In this document: piece after piece, positions 28,249 to 37,150 of the stretch
Layout of the letters: each line of letters starts with the position of its first letter
Numbering within the stretch: position 1 is the stretch's first letter
Origin: Candidatus Lindowbacteria bacterium RIFCSPLOWO2_12_FULL_62_27
GTDB taxonomy: Bacteria > Lindowbacteria > 2-12-FULL-62-27
Direction: 5' to 3'
Assembly (NCBI GenBank): GCA_001784175.1
Contig: MFPR01000017.1
Coordinates: forward strand, 155,024 to 214,974
DNA length: 59,951 bases
The notes under the pieces: model-generated
The model's database searches: none
The model's input: the letters and a program-made list of their open reading frames with translations, nothing else
What the model was told of the DNA's origin: nothing
Position numbers and translations under genes: made by a program

Positions 28249-28986
28249 ATGGACTGGATAACGGATCCGCAGGCTTGGATCGGCCTGGTCACACTCACGG
28301 CGCTCGAAGTGGTCCTCGGCATCGACAACATCATTTTCATCTCGATTTTGTCGTCGAAACTGCCGGAACACCGGCAACCGCGCGCGCGAAAGGTGGGCCT
28401 GGCGATGGCGATGCTGACGCGGATCGGGCTTTTGCTGTCGCTGACGTGGATGTCGCGCCTGACGGCGCCGCTGTTCGGCGTGTTCGGCCATCCTTTCTCG
28501 GGGCGGGACATGATTTTGATTCTGGGCGGGATTTTCCTGCTGGCGAAAAGCACGCATGAGATTCATCAGAAGCTGGAGGGCGAGGAGGGCGTGGCGTCGG
28601 CGCGGGTGGCACCGGCGTTTTGGGCCGTGATTGTCCAGATCATGCTTCTGGACATCGTGTTTTCGCTCGACTCGGTGATCACGGCCGTCGGGATGATCAA
28701 TCAGATCCCGATCATGGTCGCGGCGATTGTGATCTCCGTCGGATTCATGATGTTTTTCGCGGACCCGATCAACGTGTTCGTGAACCGGCATCCGACGGTG
28801 AAGATGCTCGCGCTGAGTTTTCTGCTCATGATCGGGCTTCTCTTGGTCGCTGACGGGTTCGGGCATCACATTCCGAAGGGCTACGTGTATTTTGCGATGG
28901 CGTTTTCGGTCTTCGTCGAAATGCTGAACCTCCGGCTGAGAAGGGCCGTGTCGCCGGTGAAACTCCGCGACGCTTACACGCCCTAG
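28249..28986 (+). CDS. TerC family integral membrane protein
   Basis: LEVVLGIDNIIFISIL, LDIVFSLDSVITAVGM, PKGYVYFAMAFS. Confidence 0.93.
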   Translation: MDWITDPQAWIGLVTLTALEVVLGIDNIIFISILSSKLPEHRQPRARKVGLAMAMLTRIGLLLSLTWMSRLTAPLFGVFGHPFSGRDMILILGGIFLLAKSTHEIHQKLEGEEGVASARVAPAFWAVIVQIMLLDIVFSLDSVITAVGMINQIPIMVAAIVISVGFMMFFADPINVFVNRHPTVKMLALSFLLMIGLLLVADGFGHHIPKGYVYFAMAFSVFVEMLNLRLRRAVSPVKLRDAYTP

Positions 28987-28998
28987 CACCGCCGCCTG

Positions 28999-30132
28999 AT
29001 GCCGACCGTGTCCTGGCGCGCGTCGCCGCTCCTTGTGGTTGCGGGATTCGCGCTGTCGGGGGTTCTGACGGGGGCGCTTTTGCAGACGGACGTGATCGCG
29101 TATGAGCGGACCTTCGGGCTGAACCACGCGCAGGTATCGTTCTGGCTGAGTTTTTTTTCGCTGCTCACGGCCATCGGCGGCACCGCCGCTTCCTGCGTGT
29201 CCGACCGGTTGGGCGCGGGCCGGATTTATCGCGGAAGCCTGCTCCTGTCGGGGCTGGGACTTCTCGCGTTTTCCCGGGGCACCGAGCCTTGGATACTCGC
29301 CGGCGTTGTCACCGGGGGCCTCGGAATGGGCGGGCTGGTGGTGGGAAATATTCTTGTATCTCAAGGCGAGAGCGCCGCGCCGAACCGGGCGCTGAACCGG
29401 CTGCACGCGGCGCACAGTCTCGCGCGCCTGGCGGGCGTTCTTCTGTCGATGGCGGTTCTGGCCATGTCCTGGCAGACGAGCTATGCGGTGCTGGGCGCCG
29501 TTTTTTGTTGCCTTGCGGCGCTGTACTGCGCTCCGGGGTTCCAGACGGCGGCGCCCGTTTCGCCCAACAGTCCGGCCGGCGGCGGTATTTCGAAATTGCC
29601 GCTCTCGTCGATCGCTCTTGGATTTTTCGTGTACATGACGGCCGAAATGATTTTGATCACGTGGCTTCCGGCCTACCTCGAACGCGACCGGCAGTGGGGG
29701 AGCCTCGCGTCCAAGTCTGCTTATGGCGTGTTTCTCGCGGGCATGATTGCCGGCCGCATGATGTGCGCGGGCCGCTGGCCGGAAGAGCTGACGTCGTCGT
29801 CGTGTGCGGTGCTGGCGGCGGCGCACGCGGCGGCCATCGCCCTGTTTATTTTTTTGCCGAACCCGGCGGCGGCCCACGTTGCGCTGGCGGTGGCGGGTTT
29901 CTGTGAAGGCCCCGGCTGGCCGTCGCTGTATGCCTACGCGATCCGCCGATCGAGAGGCGCGGAGGGTAAGGTCACCGGCGTGATTTATGTCGCCGTCTGT
30001 TCGGGCATCCTCGTGTCGACCGCCGGGAGCGGCGTTCTGGCGCAACGCGCGGGGTTGGAGAGTGTCTTCTACGTCGTCGGCGTTGCCCACGCGGCGTTCA
30101 GCCTCATTTTTCTGAATCTGCTCAGGCGGTGA
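28999..30132 (+). CDS. MFS transporter
   Basis: About 12 hydrophobic segments; motif-A-like SDRLGAGR. Confidence 0.8.
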   Translation: MPTVSWRASPLLVVAGFALSGVLTGALLQTDVIAYERTFGLNHAQVSFWLSFFSLLTAIGGTAASCVSDRLGAGRIYRGSLLLSGLGLLAFSRGTEPWILAGVVTGGLGMGGLVVGNILVSQGESAAPNRALNRLHAAHSLARLAGVLLSMAVLAMSWQTSYAVLGAVFCCLAALYCAPGFQTAAPVSPNSPAGGGISKLPLSSIALGFFVYMTAEMILITWLPAYLERDRQWGSLASKSAYGVFLAGMIAGRMMCAGRWPEELTSSSCAVLAAAHAAAIALFIFLPNPAAAHVALAVAGFCEGPGWPSLYAYAIRRSRGAEGKVTGVIYVAVCSGILVSTAGSGVLAQRAGLESVFYVVGVAHAAFSLIFLNLLRR

Positions 30133-31703
30133 GCGGCGTGGTTGGTGACCGTGTGGTGATCACGCGGTGGTTCATCCGCTGTCTGGGTCTCGTCCATCTG
30201 TTCAATTTCGGCTCGCTGGCCGAGCAGGTCCGGCGCTGTCTCGGGAGTGACGGGCTTTCGCCGGTAAATGATTACATACAGGGCCTGTGGGGCAACACGA
30301 GCCTGACCTATTTCGAGCGGATCGTGGAGTGTCCGAGCCTGTTCTTGTGGTTTCCGGGCGACGCCGCGCTGATCGGATGCGCCTGGGCCGGTGTGGTCCT
30401 TGCGCTCATGACGATTGCGGGACTCTTCAGCCGATGGTGTTTCATCCTCATGTTCATTCTGTATGGCAGCGTCATGGAAGTCGGCGGTGTACTGTACAGT
30501 TTCCAGTGGGACCTGCTCATTCTGGAGACGACGTTCCTTGCGATCCTCCCGCCATCGAGCGGCGTGCTGTTTCGGAAGTGGACGCGCGGCGCGGACGCGC
30601 TGGTGACGTGGCTGATGCTGTGGCTCGTGTTCCGGCTCTACATCGAGTCCGGCGTGGCCAAGCTTTTCTGGGGCCCGGACACGTGGGCGACGCTCGACGC
30701 GATGCGGCGCTACTACGAAACGGCGCCGATCCCGACCTGGATCGGCTGGCATGCGCATGCGCTGCCGGCCGGATGGCACCAGTTCGAGACGGGCGCGACG
30801 CTGGTGGTGGAGCTGCTGTTTCCGGCGCTGATCTTCGCGGGCGCGTGGCCCCGGCGGATCGGGTTTGTGGTTTTCACCGGATTTCAGATCGGGATTATCC
30901 TGACCGCCAATTACGGGATTTTCAATTACAATTCGATCTGCCTCCACCTTTTCCTGCTCGACGATCACGATCTTGCCGCGATCGCCCGGCGGCTGCCGGT
31001 CATGCGCCGGCGCTTCGCCGAGTGGACGCCCGGCCCGCCGGCACGGCCGCGCGGGTGGATGGCTCCGATCGCGGCGGTGGTGATCGCGTGCACGATCATC
31101 GAGTTTCTGATGCTGGCGGGCGGCCGGGCGATTCACGAGACCGAGGTGGCGAAGATCGAGCGCTACGTTCGCGCGACGCACATCGCGAGCAAATACCATC
31201 TCTTCGGGCCGATCGACCCGACGCGATACGAAATGGTTTTCGAAGGAAGTCCCGATCACCAGACCTGGTTTGAGTACGAATTCCCGTACAAGGCCGGGAG
31301 CCTGCGCCGGCCGCCTCCGTTTGTGGCGCCGCACCATCCGCGCGTGGATTTCCGGATGTGGTTCGAGCGATATCCGCTCCGGTGGAACAACCTGACGATC
31401 CCGTATCCGGACGCGTCGGCGGCGCCCGCCGCGCTGCCGTCCTATGTCAACAAGCTCGCCGTCCAGTTGCTGGAATCGCCGCACCTGGCGCTGCGGCATT
31501 TTGTATCCGACCCGCTGAAGGGCGCGAAGCCGGTCGAGGTACGAATCACATTTTACCATTACCGTATGACGCGCCGAGGTTCGCCGCCGGCGGCGGGCGG
31601 CCAGTACTGGGAGCGGGAGAAGGTCGGAACGCTCTACGTCGATCCCAAGCTCGGCCGGGACGGTCGGTCCGGTGCCGTGCCGCAGCGCACGACGGGGCCG
31701 TAA
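30129..31703 (+). CDS. lipase maturation factor (LMF) family protein
   Basis: SFQWDLLILETTFL, FRLYIESGVAK, YYETAPIP, TANYGIFN, APHHPRVDFRMWF. Confidence 0.9.
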   Translation: MSGVVGDRVVITRWFIRCLGLVHLFNFGSLAEQVRRCLGSDGLSPVNDYIQGLWGNTSLTYFERIVECPSLFLWFPGDAALIGCAWAGVVLALMTIAGLFSRWCFILMFILYGSVMEVGGVLYSFQWDLLILETTFLAILPPSSGVLFRKWTRGADALVTWLMLWLVFRLYIESGVAKLFWGPDTWATLDAMRRYYETAPIPTWIGWHAHALPAGWHQFETGATLVVELLFPALIFAGAWPRRIGFVVFTGFQIGIILTANYGIFNYNSICLHLFLLDDHDLAAIARRLPVMRRRFAEWTPGPPARPRGWMAPIAAVVIACTIIEFLMLAGGRAIHETEVAKIERYVRATHIASKYHLFGPIDPTRYEMVFEGSPDHQTWFEYEFPYKAGSLRRPPPFVAPHHPRVDFRMWFERYPLRWNNLTIPYPDASAAPAALPSYVNKLAVQLLESPHLALRHFVSDPLKGAKPVEVRITFYHYRMTRRGSPPAAGGQYWEREKVGTLYVDPKLGRDGRSGAVPQRTTGP

Positions 31704-31744
31704 GTCAAAAAGTCAAGACCGGCACTTTTCTCCTTCGGACGATC

Positions 31745-32614
31745 TCAGCGGCTGCTGTAGCGGCGTTCCAGCTCGTAAAACCGGTCGAGGTCCACCATGG
31801 CGTGGAAATCGGACCATGGAAGAAGCATGTCCAAATGATCGCGCGTGGTGCCCTTCTCGCGCAGGAGCCGGAAGACGTCGGAATAGGCGCGGGCCGCCGC
31901 GTAGAGGGCGCTCAGCGGATGGACGACGAGATCGAATCCGATCTCGTGGAGTTCCTCGGGCGTCTGGAGCGGCGTTTTGCCTTTCTCGAGCATGTTGGCG
32001 ACTTTGACGCCCGGGACCTCCCGGCCGATCGTTCTCATCTCGTCGACCGAGTGCGGCGCCTCGATGAAGGTCGCGTCCGCGCCCATCTCGTGCGCGCGCT
32101 GCGCCCGCCGGATGGCCTCGTCGAGGCCGAGCGGCTCGCGGGCGTCGGTGCGGGCGACGATGAAGAAATCGCCGGTCGCGCGGCCGTCGATGGCCGCCTG
32201 CAGTTTCGATTCGAATTCCTCCGGCGGGATGACTTCCTTGCCGGCCATGTGCCCGCATTTTTTGGGCCAGACCTGGTCTTCGAGAAACATGCCCGCAACC
32301 CCGGCTTGCTGGAGGCCGCGGACGGTGTGAATCACGTTCAGCGCGTTGCCGTATCCGGTATCGGCGTCGACGATGAGCGGCGTCGACGGTTCGGCTGCGC
32401 AGACCCGCCGCGCGACGTCGATCATTTCTGTGGCGGTGAGGAGCCCGAAATCGGGCGAGGCGAGGCGCGTGGCCGACATGCTGTATCCGGACGTGAAGAT
32501 GACCTCAAATCCGGCGCGGACGGCGATCCGGGCGGTGAGGGGATCGAACACGCCGGGCATGAGAAGCGGCTGCCCGGTCTGGAGTCTCTGCCGGATTCGC
32601 TCCGCGAGCGTCAT
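31745..32614 (-). CDS. isocitrate lyase / PEP mutase family protein (methylisocitrate lyase or CPEP mutase-like)
   Basis: DADTGYG, LEDQVWPKKCGH, ARTDA. Confidence 0.9.
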   Translation of the reverse strand: MTLAERIRQRLQTGQPLLMPGVFDPLTARIAVRAGFEVIFTSGYSMSATRLASPDFGLLTATEMIDVARRVCAAEPSTPLIVDADTGYGNALNVIHTVRGLQQAGVAGMFLEDQVWPKKCGHMAGKEVIPPEEFESKLQAAIDGRATGDFFIVARTDAREPLGLDEAIRRAQRAHEMGADATFIEAPHSVDEMRTIGREVPGVKVANMLEKGKTPLQTPEELHEIGFDLVVHPLSALYAAARAYSDVFRLLREKGTTRDHLDMLLPWSDFHAMVDLDRFYELERRYSSR

Positions 32615-32673
32615 GCGGAAACGCTCGCTTAGAATGGGGGGAATGTCAAACCCATGTTAAACTGCCGGCGCCG

Positions 32674-33057
32674 ATGGAGAGACGAACTTATTCGCGCACT
32701 GTGATTTTCGACGGCGACTGCGGGTTTTGCCGGCGGTCGATCCGGATCGGCCGGGCGCTCGACTGGTTCGGCCGGATCTGGTGGCGGGCGAGACTCGAGC
32801 CCGGGGTTCGGGAGGAATTTCCGCAGCTCAGCGACGAGGAAACCCGGAACCGGATGGTGTCGATCCTGCCGGACGGGCGGACCTTCGGTGGCTTTTACGC
32901 CGTTCGCGACATCCTGGTCCGCCTGCCGCTCACCGCGTTGCCGGCGCTCCTCCTGTACATCCCCGGCGTATCGATCGTCGGCGTGCCGGTCTACCAATGG
33001 ATCGCGCGGAACCGCCACCGGTTCGGTGGGCGTCAAGACGATCAGTGCGCTATGTGA
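32674..33057 (+). CDS. DCC1-like thiol-disulfide oxidoreductase (DUF393)
   Basis: IFDGDCGFC; YQWIARNRHR. Confidence 0.9.
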   Translation: MERRTYSRTVIFDGDCGFCRRSIRIGRALDWFGRIWWRARLEPGVREEFPQLSDEETRNRMVSILPDGRTFGGFYAVRDILVRLPLTALPALLLYIPGVSIVGVPVYQWIARNRHRFGGRQDDQCAM

Positions 33058-34249
33058 CCAGGAGGCTGCGCAGGCACGGGACACCGGCGTTGCGCCACGT
33101 CAGCGGCGGGCGCTGCATGAGGCCCGGCGGGCAGAAGTAACTCGCGCCGAGTCTTCGCAGGAGCGGCTCGAGGATTTCGAGGTCGTCCACAGGCGCGGCG
33201 CCCACGCCCTGGAGGCGGCCGTCCTGCGGCTGCAGCAGGGCCGCAACTTCGGCAAGTGATCGAACCGGTTTGACGAGAATCGTGCGGCCCAGCGGAGAGG
33301 GGTGAAAGATTGGCGCGGTGTCGATCACGATTGTGTAGGCGAGCCGGTCGCCGAAGAAACAGGGCGCGCCGTGAAAGGCGTAGTCTCCGCGAAAATTCCT
33401 GATCTCACCCGCCTGCGCCACATCCATGCGGCCCGCCGGCAGGGATTCGGCGAGAAGCTGCATCTCCCCGGCGAGCATTTCGCAAAACCGCGCCGGCGCG
33501 ACCGGCGCGCCGGCCGCGATAAAGGCGCAGTGTGGCGAGAGGCAGCCGGACTGGTCGTACATCGCGACGTCGATCGCCAATCCCTTCGCCGCGTCCAGCG
33601 CGCCCGCCTCATTTTGCAGGGCGCCGTCTCTGATCACTGCCACGCTGACTTTGTGTCCATGCCCGACGACGCGCGCGCAGGGCGGCGCCGAAGCGCGGAT
33701 CGCTGTGATGGTTTCGTCCGATCCATAGGCCACGACCGTGTCGGCGTTCAAGGCAGCGATATCCGAATGATCAAAATATCCGGCCTCGACGGCCGCGCCG
33801 ACGTCGGGATCGACGGACCGGAGGGCGTCGGTGAAGATCGGCAGGATCGTTTTCTCATGGGACGAGCATTTGACCACGATCGGAGACTTGACGAGGAGCG
33901 AATAGACGACGCCGTTGACCGCCGGTTGAAAGATGGCGCCCGCCGCGATCAGAAGCGTCGCGCCGGGCGACCGGATCGCCGGGTCGTCGGCCGCGTCGTC
34001 GCTGCCGAGATCGTCGATGAGGACCCGGCGCATCTCGCCCGCCGTGATCTCGGAGAAGGTCCAGTCCAACGCCCGCTCGATCATCGGCGCGCTGAATCCG
34101 GACTGCGCCGCGCCCTCCCGCACGGCCCGGTGCCTCAGCGCAGACCCGGGCGCCAACAGTTCGCCCGCCGCAGCCTCAAGGCTCGCCATGATCCGGCGCA
34201 CCGGAACCTGACGCAACCGCGCGCGCGCGGCCTCCCGACGTCCGGTCAA
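33050..34249 (-). CDS. LuxC-like acyl-CoA / acyl-protein reductase
   Basis: LLVKSPIVVKCS, VVAYGSDETI, HGHKVS and catalytic YDQSGCLSPH. Confidence 0.85.
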   Translation of the reverse strand: MTGRREAARARLRQVPVRRIMASLEAAAGELLAPGSALRHRAVREGAAQSGFSAPMIERALDWTFSEITAGEMRRVLIDDLGSDDAADDPAIRSPGATLLIAAGAIFQPAVNGVVYSLLVKSPIVVKCSSHEKTILPIFTDALRSVDPDVGAAVEAGYFDHSDIAALNADTVVAYGSDETITAIRASAPPCARVVGHGHKVSVAVIRDGALQNEAGALDAAKGLAIDVAMYDQSGCLSPHCAFIAAGAPVAPARFCEMLAGEMQLLAESLPAGRMDVAQAGEIRNFRGDYAFHGAPCFFGDRLAYTIVIDTAPIFHPSPLGRTILVKPVRSLAEVAALLQPQDGRLQGVGAAPVDDLEILEPLLRRLGASYFCPPGLMQRPPLTWRNAGVPCLRSLLVT

Positions 34250-34251
34250 GT

Positions 34252-35355
34252 TTACTTGGGCAGCATCTCGTCGATGAGGAGGGAACAGCCGCGGGGATCG
34301 GCGCCCTTGGCCCGGCCGATGATCCTGAATCCGCCGCCTTCCTGGACGCCGATGTCCTCGGTCTGAATCGAGACGACCGACCCGCGGTTGGCGAGGTCCG
34401 TCACGCGGATGAGTCCGGGCACGCCGGGCGCCGCCGGCTCGTCGGTCACCGGATCGATGATCCTCACGCGCACCCAGGGCGGCGGAACCTTGACCGCCGG
34501 CCCGGCCGATCCGGTTTGGATGAGCGTCCGGAGGGAGTCGTCGTAGATCTGTGAGGAAAGTTCCGTCATTCCGTACTCGTTGACGACCCAGGCCGGCGGG
34601 ATCCCGAGGATGTCCCGGGCCAGTTCGTAGAAACGCTCGCGCGTGACCTCCCGGGATTTCCCCTTGTATCCGCCGGTTTCCATGATCCGGCTTCCGGCCG
34701 GCAGCGCGAATTTTATTTGTTTTTCGGCGAGCGCGTCAAAGAGGTGGACAAAGGCGAATGCCGGTCCCATCAGAATCCTCGGATCGCCGGTTTCGACCGA
34801 CAGGCCCAGGTCCTCCACCAGCGCGTCGACGTTGAGCTTTCGGTCGTGGATGTACCATTCCGCGTTGACGGCGAAGGCGTCCGCCGCGATGCGGCACATG
34901 TAGACGAGGCTTGAGTGCGGCGCCTCCTCGATCGTCGGCAGCAGTATACGCATCGGGAGGCTCGCGCCGTCCGGCAGGACATGCCGGCCGAAATTGGGGA
35001 TGGCCGACTCGTCGTAGAGCATCAGCGTATCGAGATGGTGTTTGCCGGGTTTGCCGGTGGTCGTTCCCGACGTTTCAAACACGCGGACGGTCTTGGCGGG
35101 CGAGAAGCTGGCGAGGACCGCCGCCCTGAAGGCGGTCGTGGGCGCGGCCGGGATTTTTTCCCACGAGGAGACCTGAGCCGGAGTCGTCCGCCGCAGCATG
35201 CAGAACATCCGGTACGGCGTGTTCTGGGCGAACTGGTGCGCAAAGAGTTCCACTGCCAGGCCGTTGAACTGTTCCTCGCCGACCTCTTCCGAAAGGGACT
35301 GATGGATGAAGTCGACGATTTTCCGGTCCAGGGCCTGCGCGAAGGCGCCGTTCAT
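34252..35355 (-). CDS. LuxE-like acyl-protein synthetase (ANL superfamily)
   Basis: FETSGTT, METGGYKG, NEYGMTELSSQ, DLANRGS, TEDIG and C-terminal GRAKGADPRGCS acylation Cys. Confidence 0.88.
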   Translation of the reverse strand: MNGAFAQALDRKIVDFIHQSLSEEVGEEQFNGLAVELFAHQFAQNTPYRMFCMLRRTTPAQVSSWEKIPAAPTTAFRAAVLASFSPAKTVRVFETSGTTTGKPGKHHLDTLMLYDESAIPNFGRHVLPDGASLPMRILLPTIEEAPHSSLVYMCRIAADAFAVNAEWYIHDRKLNVDALVEDLGLSVETGDPRILMGPAFAFVHLFDALAEKQIKFALPAGSRIMETGGYKGKSREVTRERFYELARDILGIPPAWVVNEYGMTELSSQIYDDSLRTLIQTGSAGPAVKVPPPWVRVRIIDPVTDEPAAPGVPGLIRVTDLANRGSVVSIQTEDIGVQEGGGFRIIGRAKGADPRGCSLLIDEMLPK

Positions 35356-35365
35356 GGGCGGCGGG

Positions 35366-35695
35366 TCAGTATCCTTCCTCGATCTTGCACCATGCGGGAA
35401 TGTGGGATGCCGTCTGGATGTCGATTTCAACGCGGAGCGCCGTGGGCTGCGCGATTTCCTTGACCGTATCGAAAATCTCCCGGGCCAGCGCCTCGGAGGA
35501 CGTCTCGGCCTCGTCAAAGCCCCGGATGAAGTCTCCGAAGGACAGATATTCGATCAGCAGCGCGCCCGGCCGGTACGTCACGATGACTTCGCCGGCAAAC
35601 CGCTCGTCGGTGACGGAACAGATGGTCGAAAAGGCCGACCGCAGCGCGACTTCGGATATCCCATGAACGTTGGGAAGCGTGTCGAAAGCGGACAT
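35366..35695 (-). CDS. QueF / QueF-L-like single-domain T-fold protein, divergent
   Basis: 109 aa; FSTICSVT...VIVTYRP...LIEY.SF...SEALAREIFD...P..LRV aligns by eye with the QueF pattern FTxLCPxT...IxYxP...VE.KS...HE...I.D...P..LRV. Confidence 0.65.
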   Translation of the reverse strand: MSAFDTLPNVHGISEVALRSAFSTICSVTDERFAGEVIVTYRPGALLIEYLSFGDFIRGFDEAETSSEALAREIFDTVKEIAQPTALRVEIDIQTASHIPAWCKIEEGY

Positions 35696-35701
35696 TCGGA
35701 C

Positions 35702-37069
35702 TCAACCCTCCCGGATTTTTATTTCTGTCAGGGCATCTTCCAAGACACCGACGCAAAAGTCAATCTCGCGTCGGCCGACCACCAGCGGCGGGGAGAGCGA
35801 AATGACATTCTGATGGATGCCCCCGCCGAGGATCATGAGCCGCCGGCGGAGCGCTTCGACGACCACGCGGCTGCACCGTTCGGGATCGGGAGTTTTCGTC
35901 CGAAGGTCCTTGACCAGCTCGATCCCCGCGATGAGCCCCTGCCCGCGAATGTCGCCGACCCCCCGCAGCCCGCCGAGCCGGCGGGCCAGTTCGGCGCGCA
36001 AATAGGACCCCATCCGCTCCGCCCGGCTGTGCAGCGAGCGCCTTATATATATGGAGAGAGCCGCGAGTCCCATGGCACAGCCGAGGGGGTTGCCCAAGAA
36101 GGTGCTGGTGTGGATCGCCTCGCCGGCCGACCGGCCCCAGCGGCGCATGACGGCCGGCGTGCCGATGCAGGCGGACATGGGAAACCCGCCGGTCATGCCC
36201 TTTCCGAGGCACAGGATGTCCGGCGTCACCCGTTCGTGTTCGCAGGCGAACATGCGGCCGGTGCGCGCAAACCCCGTGTAGATCTCGTCGGCGATCAGGA
36301 GGATCCGTTCGCGCCGGCAAAACCGGGCAAGCCTCGCCAGCCAGCCGGGCGGCGGCACAATCTCGCCGCCCCTGCCCTGGATAGGCTCAACGATCACGGC
36401 TGAAAACCGCCGGGCGCCGCCCGCCGCGCGAATTTTCCGTGCGGCGCCGTCGAGGCAGGCGATGCCGCAGCCGGGATACGCGAGTTTCAGCGGGCAGCGG
36501 TAGCAGTAGGGGTAATCGACGAAGAGCGTTTTTTTTGAAATCCTTCCGGCGAAGGGCGCTCGAAACATGCGCTGGCCGGTGACCGAGAGCGCGCCGTAGG
36601 AGAGTCCGTGGTAGCTGCCGGAGAACGCTACGAGCGCATCGCGTCCGGGCCGCGCGATCTGCGCCGTCTTGATGGCCGATTCGACGGCGTCCGATCCGTT
36701 CTGGGAGAGGATGGTTTGCGAAAGCGCGCCGGGCGCGGCGCCGGCGAGGGCCGCCAGGAATCGGGATTTGATTTCCGGCGGATGAACGTCGCCCATACCG
36801 TGAATCATGAGTCGCGTCTGGCGGCGAAGGGCGGCGATGAGCGCGGGATGGCCATGCCCAAGATTCGCGACCGCAAACGCGGCCGTCATGTCGACGTAGC
36901 GCCGTCCCCGGACGTCCCAGACGAAACACCCGGACGCTTTCCGCCAGAAGACGGGGAAGTCTCCGGAAAAGTAAGTGACCTCGGGACACTCATGGGCCCT
37001 CAGGGCCCGTACGAGATCCTGCACATGTTTGTCCACAGAACCTTTTCGCTTGGCGGGCATCTCCGGCAT
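35702..37069 (-). CDS. class III PLP aminotransferase (GABA / omega-amino acid transaminase-like)
   Basis: DVRGRRYVD, GSDAVESAIK, SYHG, VEPIQGRGG, LIADEIYTGFARTG, PDILCLGKGMTGG, HTSTFLGNP. Confidence 0.92.
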   Translation of the reverse strand: MPEMPAKRKGSVDKHVQDLVRALRAHECPEVTYFSGDFPVFWRKASGCFVWDVRGRRYVDMTAAFAVANLGHGHPALIAALRRQTRLMIHGMGDVHPPEIKSRFLAALAGAAPGALSQTILSQNGSDAVESAIKTAQIARPGRDALVAFSGSYHGLSYGALSVTGQRMFRAPFAGRISKKTLFVDYPYCYRCPLKLAYPGCGIACLDGAARKIRAAGGARRFSAVIVEPIQGRGGEIVPPPGWLARLARFCRRERILLIADEIYTGFARTGRMFACEHERVTPDILCLGKGMTGGFPMSACIGTPAVMRRWGRSAGEAIHTSTFLGNPLGCAMGLAALSIYIRRSLHSRAERMGSYLRAELARRLGGLRGVGDIRGQGLIAGIELVKDLRTKTPDPERCSRVVVEALRRRLMILGGGIHQNVISLSPPLVVGRREIDFCVGVLEDALTEIKIREG

Positions 37070-37150
37070 GGTATGTTGTCCCTTCCGAGGCAGTCAACGG
37101 CGCGCGCCGTGCTTGAAAATAGGGCTAAACGACAGTAAACTCCCTGTGGT

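Noticed and set aside
26623-30090. 1155-aa minus-strand ORF
   Set aside because: Antisense shadow of nuoN, terC and the MFS gene in high-GC DNA; Arg/His-rich with no domain motifs.
33050-35355. Bioluminescence (lux) operon
   Set aside because: No luxA, luxB or luxD; the LuxC and LuxE homologs are divergent and sit with other enzymes.
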